Assembly (NCBI GenBank): GCA_016748015.1
Contig: JAAOMT010000399.1
Span: forward strand, 1 to 5,462
Reading direction: 5' to 3'
Length of the DNA stretch: 5,462 nucleotides
Source of the DNA: Geosiphon pyriformis uo1
Lineage: Eukaryota; Fungi; Glomeromycota
Under the pieces are notes generated by a model. The model had not been told where the DNA came from. It saw only the letters and a list, made by a program, of their open reading frames with translations, and did not search any database. Every line of letters starts with the position of its first letter. Position 1 is the first letter of the stretch. A program made the position numbers and the translations under genes. Below are positions 1-5,462 of the stretch, one piece after another.

Positions 1-2280
1 AGTTTGTTGGCAACATTCCTCTTCCATTCATAAGAAGACCACGGCCAACTTTTCGTTGAACACCAGTAACACCTTCCATCATCTAGTGTGCCGCAAGGAG
101 TTTGTTGACAACATTCCTCTTCCATTCATAAGAAGACCACAGCCAACTTTTCGTTGAACACCAGATAGACCTTCCATCCTCTGGTGTGCCGCAAGAAGTT
201 TGTTGGCAACATTCCTCTTCTATTCATAAGAAGACCACGGCCAACTTTTCGTTGAACACCAGTTAGACCTTCCATCCTCTGGTGTGCCGCAAGGGGTTTG
301 TTGGCAACATTCCTCTTCCATTAATAAGAAGACCACAGCCAAATTTTCGTTGAACACCAGATAGACCTTCCATCCTCTGGTGTGCCGCAAGGAGTTTGTT
401 GACAACATTCCTCTTCCATTCATAAGAAGACCACAGCCAACTTTTCGTTGAACACCAGTAACACCTTCCATCATCTAGTGTGCCGCAAGAAGTTTGTTGG
501 CAACATTCCTCTTCTATTCATAAGAAGACCACGGCCAAATTTTTGTTGAACACCAGATAGACCTTCCATCCTCTGGTGTGCCGCAAGGAGGTTGTTGGCA
601 ACATTCCTCTTCCATATATATAAGAAGACCACAGCCAACTTTTCGTTGAACACCAGATACACCTTCCATCCTCTGGTGTGCCGCAAGGAGTTTGTTGACA
701 AGATTCCCCTTCTATTCATAAGAAGACCACGGCCAACTTTTCGTTGAACACCAGATAGACCTTCCATCCTCTGGTGTGCCGCAAAAGGTTTGTTGGCAAC
801 ATTCCTCTTCTATTCATAAGAAGACCACGGCCAACTTTTCGTTGAACACCAGTTAGACCTTCCATCATCTGGTGTGCCGCAAGGGGTTTGTTGGCAACAT
901 TCCTCTTCCATTAATAAGAAGACCACGGTCAACTTTTCGTTGAACACCAGATAGGCCTTCCATCATCTGATGAGGCGCAAGGGGTTTTTTTGCGACATTC
1001 CCCTTCTAATCATAAGAAGACCACGGCCACTTTTTTCGTTGAACACCTGATAGACCTTCGGTCATCTGGTGTGCCGCGAGGGGTTTGTTGGCAACAATTC
1101 TCTTTTATCAGTAAGATGACCACGGCGAACTTTTCGTTGAACACCTGACAGACCTTCGGTCATCTGGTGTGCCGCGAGGGGTTTGTTGACAAAATTCTTC
1201 TCCTATTCATAAGAAGACCACGGCCAACTTTTCGTTGAACACCAGTAACACCTTCCATCCTCTGGTGTGCCGCAAGAGGTTTGTTGGCAACATTCCTCTT
1301 CCATTCATAAGAAGACCACGGCCAACTTTTCGTTGAATACCAGATAAACTTTCCATCCTCTGGTGTGCCGCAAGGAGTTTGTTGGCAACATTCCTCTCCT
1401 ATTCATAAGAAAACCACGGCCAACCTTTCGTTGAACACCAGATAGACCTTCCATCCTCTGGTGTGCCGCAAGGAGTTTGTTGGCAACATTCCTCTTCCAT
1501 TCATAAGAAGACCACAGCCAACTTTTCGTTGAACACCAGTAACACCTTCCATCATCTAGTGTGCCGCAAGGAGTTTGTTGACAACATTCATCTTCCATTC
1601 ATAAGAAGACCACAGCCAACTTTTCGTTGAACATTAGATAGACCTTCCATCCTCTGGTGTGCCGCAAGAAGTTTGTTGGCAACATTCCTCTTCTATTTAT
1701 AAGAAGACCACGGCCAACTTTTCGTTGAACACCAGATAGACCTTCCATTCTCTGGTGTGCCGCAAGGAGGTTGTTGGCAACATTCCCCTTCTATTCATAA
1801 GAAGACCACAGCCAACTTTTCGTTGAACACCAGATAGACTTTCCATCATCTGGTGTGCTGCAAGAAGTTTGTTGGCAACATTCCTCTTCTATTCATAAGA
1901 AGACCACGGCCACCATTTTGTTGAACACCAGATAGACCTTCGGTCATCTGATGTGCCCTAAGGGGTTTGTTTGCGACATTCCCCTTCTATTCATAAGAAG
2001 ACCACGGCCAACTTTTTTCGTTGAACACCAGATAGACCTTCCATCATCTGATGTGCCGCAAGGGGTTTGTTTGCGACATTCCCTTCTATTCATAAGAAGA
2101 CTACGGCCAGCTTTTTTCGTTGAACACCTGATAGACCTTCGGTCATCTAGCGTGCCGCAAGGGGTTTGTTGGCAAGAACCCTCTTCTATCCGTAAGAAGA
2201 CCACGGCTAACTTTTCGTTGAAAATCTGACAGACCTTCGGTCATCTGGTGTGCTGCAAGGGTTTGTTGGCAGCAATTCTT
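1..2280. repeat. Tandem (satellite-like) array of ~23 copies of a 98-bp monomer, truncated by the left window edge
   Basis: The anchor GTTGAA recurs at 55, 153, 251, 349, 447, 545, 645, 743, 841, 939, 1038, 1136, 1234, 1332, 1430, 1528, 1626, 1724, 1822, 1920, 2020, 2119 and 2217 (period 98, occasionally 99-100). Consensus: GTTGAACACCAGATAGACCTTCCATCCTCTGGTGTGCCGCAAGGAGTTTGTTGGCAACATTCCTCTTCTATTCATAAGAAGACCACGGCCAACTTTTC (46/98 GC). The last unit is partial and ends near 2280. Confidence 0.98.
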
Positions 2281-2928
2281 TTTGGAGATGCAGCAGCTAT
2301 TTGTTTTCCCCATAGAATAAAACTATGACTCGCCTTTAGTTTTCTCAGCATTTCGTTTTTACATTCTTTTTCTTTCGCGTTATTTATCTCGCTAAGCGCC
2401 TTGAGAATAAAAATATTTGAAAAAATACGGCTTGTAAATTTATGATACGGGTAAAGCCTGAAGTCGCGTAAAGAAGGAATTTTGAGAATCAGTCAAAAGA
2501 CGTCAGATAATATAGCAAAAAGTAAACACAATACGCATCTATGTGCACATTCTTGTCTTTTTTTTAATGTTTACAGGTATATATATGATATCACATATTT
2601 TAATAAAAATTTAATAATTCAATACATATGAATTTATTAATTCAAGTATTGAAAAAAATTAATAAAACAAAATAAGTTAACTTTATTTGAAAATAAGTGT
2701 TAATAATAATACTATGATAAATTTATTAATTAATATGTTAAAAATAACAGAATATTTTATAAAAATTATTTTATTAAATTTTGCATAAAATATTTAAAAA
2801 TTTACCATTTCTTTTATTTTGCATATGTTAATAGATTAATATATGTTCTACAAGTGTAATTCAACCACCAACTTTTTTAATATTATGAATAACATTAAAC
2901 AACTTAATAAATTATTTTATGTTCTATA
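2115..2928 (+). repeat. Left arm of a long inverted repeat (visible paired portion, 814 bp)
   Basis: Reverse complement of 4649-5462. Paired coordinates sum to 7577 at both ends (GTTCTATA ending 2928 / TATAGAAC starting 4649; C2118 / G5459), so there is no net indel. No mismatches found by eye. Confidence 0.97.
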
Positions 2929-4648
2929 GGATTTACTACATATAACATGTAATTAACCATTTAAGTACTTTAGATCAAACACAAAAAAGAATCTTTGTGC
3001 TTTCATTTTCTTAATACAGCTATTCAAATAACTGTCTTTAACAATAAACTCACTTATTTAATTTTTTATAGCTTTTATATTAGCTTTAATTTCTGTTTTT
3101 TGGTGTTTTTTAAAACCACCAAATTAGTAAAATCTAACTTAATAACTAAATTATTATTATTATTATTATTATACAATAAAATAGCACTAAGCTTCTCCTT
3201 AAATCTAAAGAACCTTTTAAACATAATAATTATTTTACTAAGATCCTTAATTTATGTTTTTACTAATAAGATATAAGAATCTGGTTTACAATAAAAACTT
3301 TTAACAGCCAAAAAAAAGCAACCAATACAATTAAGAAACCAATAGACTTAAATATAAATTTTATAAAACGAAATAATTTTTGCAATAAAGTTTTTAGATA
3401 AATCAATTTAGAATTTACAGCAATTTTAAGAAATAAAGCCATTTAATACAAAAAACAATAATCTCAAGATTTTAAAACAATATAAAAAACTTAATATCAG
3501 ATTTTGGTAAATTAATAAAGACAGTTTTATAGTTAAAAATCAAATAATTTAAACTTTAATACTTATATTAATGTTTATATTTAAAAGTTTTTATTAAATA
3601 TAACTCTTTCTAAAAATACTAACTTTAACAATTATAATAATAAAAACATTTTTAGATTTAAAAGTAACAATAGCAAATTTATGACAATAATTAAATTTAG
3701 AATATCAAAAAATGAAACAAGTTTAATTATCAATCTAAATAATTAGCTTTTTAATTTTAAAAAAAACATAGGCAAAAAAATTTAACCAATTTAGTTTTAA
3801 AAGTATCATAAAAAACAATTATATTTTTTAATTTAAAGAAAAAAATCAAGATATTATTTTTCAAAACTAATTGGTAAGCAAAAATTGTTTTAAAAGTTTA
3901 AAAAAATCAAAAATAAACAATAATATATTGTTATAAACTATTAAATTTTAAGTTATATTAAAAATATATCAAAAATTTTAAGAATATATTTAATATTATT
4001 AGTAAAATATTGAAAAAAACATTACAAAAAATTATAAGAGCAGAAACAAAAACAAATTCAAATATAATAATTAATTTTGCAATTTTGAAAATAGCAAAAA
4101 AAAGATTTAGTAAATATAATTTTGATAGTAGTATTTAAAAAAACTTAAAATGTAAATTTTATATAAAAAAGTTTAATATTGTGCTTTATAACCAATTTTA
4201 TTTTAATAAAATCATATATAAAACTTATTATACAGTTTTAATATAAATCATTTTAATTTTTACAATAGTATTAAATACAATCAAATATTAATCCAAATAA
4301 AATTTGGCAAATATATTATCATTGAAACAAAAAAAATTTAAGTATTATAATTAGTGCTATTATAATAAGATTAATAAAGATACTAAAGAAATTAAAATCC
4401 CTCAAAATTTTATTTTTACAAAAAAAAAGACAAATCTCAAATCAAAAAAAAATCAAAAACAATAAAAAAATTATTGTTTTTATATTTTAAAATAGCTGGT
4501 ATTAAATTTTTGAAAAAAAAGAATTGTTTTTTTGCTGTCTTGGTTTTTCTAGTACTTAAGTTGTTAATTACAGGTTATATGTAGTAAATCCTATATTTAA
4601 TGTATAATAATTAAGCTATATGAAAATCGTTGGTAATTAAATAACACT
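2929..4648. other. AT-rich central spacer/core (1720 bp) between the inverted arms, apparently non-coding
   Basis: GC was about 8-23% in the 60-bp lines counted. It has many A-tracts on the + strand and only one short low-complexity ORF in the six-frame track. Confidence 0.85.
3151..3171 (+). repeat. (TTA)7 microsatellite
   Basis: TTATTATTATTATTATTATTA read directly from the sequence. It accounts for the poly-Leu run in ORF 2995-3276. Confidence 0.9.
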
Positions 4649-5462
4649 TATAGAACATAAAATAATTTATTAAGTTGTTTAATGTTATTCATAATATTAA
4701 AAAAGTTGGTGGTTGAATTACACTTGTAGAACATATATTAATCTATTAACATATGCAAAATAAAAGAAATGGTAAATTTTTAAATATTTTATGCAAAATT
4801 TAATAAAATAATTTTTATAAAATATTCTGTTATTTTTAACATATTAATTAATAAATTTATCATAGTATTATTATTAACACTTATTTTCAAATAAAGTTAA
4901 CTTATTTTGTTTTATTAATTTTTTTCAATACTTGAATTAATAAATTCATATGTATTGAATTATTAAATTTTTATTAAAATATGTGATATCATATATATAC
5001 CTGTAAACATTAAAAAAAAGACAAGAATGTGCACATAGATGCGTATTGTGTTTACTTTTTGCTATATTATCTGACGTCTTTTGACTGATTCTCAAAATTC
5101 CTTCTTTACGCGACTTCAGGCTTTACCCGTATCATAAATTTACAAGCCGTATTTTTTCAAATATTTTTATTCTCAAGGCGCTTAGCGAGATAAATAACGC
5201 GAAAGAAAAAGAATGTAAAAACGAAATGCTGAGAAAACTAAAGGCGAGTCATAGTTTTATTCTATGGGGAAAACAAATAGCTGCTGCATCTCCAAAAAGA
5301 ATTGCTGCCAACAAACCCTTGCAGCACACCAGATGACCGAAGGTCTGTCAGATTTTCAACGAAAAGTTAGCCGTGGTCTTCTTACGGATAGAAGAGGGTT
5401 CTTGCCAACAAACCCCTTGCGGCACGCTAGATGACCGAAGGTCTATCAGGTGTTCAACGAAA
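4649..5462 (-). repeat. Right arm of the long inverted repeat, truncated by the right window edge
   Basis: Reverse complement of 2115-2928. It includes the AT-rich inner part, the unique 33% GC part and the first monomers of the inverted array. Confidence 0.97.
5297..5462 (-). repeat. Start of the inverted copy of the 98-bp array (about 1.7 monomers visible)
   Basis: Mirror of 2115-2280, carrying the same diagnostic variants (e.g. GACCGAAGGTC = reverse complement of GACCTTCGGTC; GATTTTCAAC = reverse complement of GTTGAAAATC). Confidence 0.95.

Larger units (their letters stand above)
1..5462. mobile_element. Possible non-autonomous foldback-type element (outer tandem-repeat domain, AT-rich inner domain, central loop); termini lie outside the window
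   Basis: The modular arms match the organisation described for Drosophila FB and sea-urchin TU foldback elements. No termini, target-site duplication or transposase are visible, so this is an architectural analogy only. Confidence 0.3.

Noticed and set aside
55-152. tRNA or SINE-derived monomer with Pol III boxes (minus strand TGGCCGTGG and GTTCAACGA)
   Set aside because: Both motifs match the A and B box consensus only partially, and no cloverleaf with an acceptor stem and anticodon arm can be built.
967-990. Hammerhead ribozyme (CTGATGAG followed by a GCAA loop), as known from newt and schistosome satellites
   Set aside because: CTGATGA occurs in only one unit (consensus is CTGGTGT), and the required downstream GAAA core is absent.
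220-2229. ORFs 220-474, 471-767, 1305-1598, 1944-2204 (-) and 1951-2229 (+)
   Set aside because: They lie in a 98-bp repeat that is not a multiple of 3, so each ORF simply cycles through the three frames of the monomer before hitting a stop. The 1-2 bp indels between units ignore frame, and no domain is recognisable.
1-2280. CRISPR array
   Set aside because: The whole 98-bp unit is repeated with no unique spacers, and no cas genes are present.
2551-2582. Splice-acceptor-like T-tract ending TTTACAG/GTAT at the GC-to-AT transition
   Set aside because: There is no adjoining exon-like ORF, and such motifs are common in AT-rich DNA.
2995-3276. 93-aa ORF in the AT-rich core
   Set aside because: It has a TTG start and an F/L/I/N/K composition dictated by AT content, with poly-Leu from the (TTA)7 microsatellite. 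TAA/TAG stops flank it, so reading TGA as Trp does not extend it, and I see no recognisable homology. A divergent organellar or alternative-code gene cannot be fully excluded without a search.
2929-4648. Mitochondrial rRNA/tRNA genes or control region
   Set aside because: No conserved rRNA motifs or tRNA folds were recognised, and AT richness alone is not sufficient evidence.
2115-5462. Palindrome as a pure sequencing or amplification foldback artefact
   Set aside because: Considered unlikely, though not excluded. An artefact would give a sharp junction, not a 57-bp indel followed by progressively diverged inverted homology on the same axis.

Overview
This window appears to be entirely non-coding and is built as one large symmetric element. 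Positions 1-~2280 are a tandem array of ~23 copies of a 98-bp, ~47% GC monomer with strong hairpin-forming potential. The array is followed by a ~300-bp unique ~33% GC segment and then extremely AT-rich DNA. Positions 2115-2928 are the reverse complement of 4649-5462 (814 bp, no mismatch seen by eye, running off the right edge), so the array starts again in inverted orientation at ~5297. The 1720-bp AT-rich spacer (2929-4648) keeps eroded inverted homology at its edges, including a 57-bp indel bounded by TATA. The layout is array > inner arm > AT core < inner arm < array. It fits a foldback-type transposon, an inverted-repeat centromere, or the centre of a palindromic replicon, and the sequence alone cannot choose among these. 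None of the listed ORFs is convincing.
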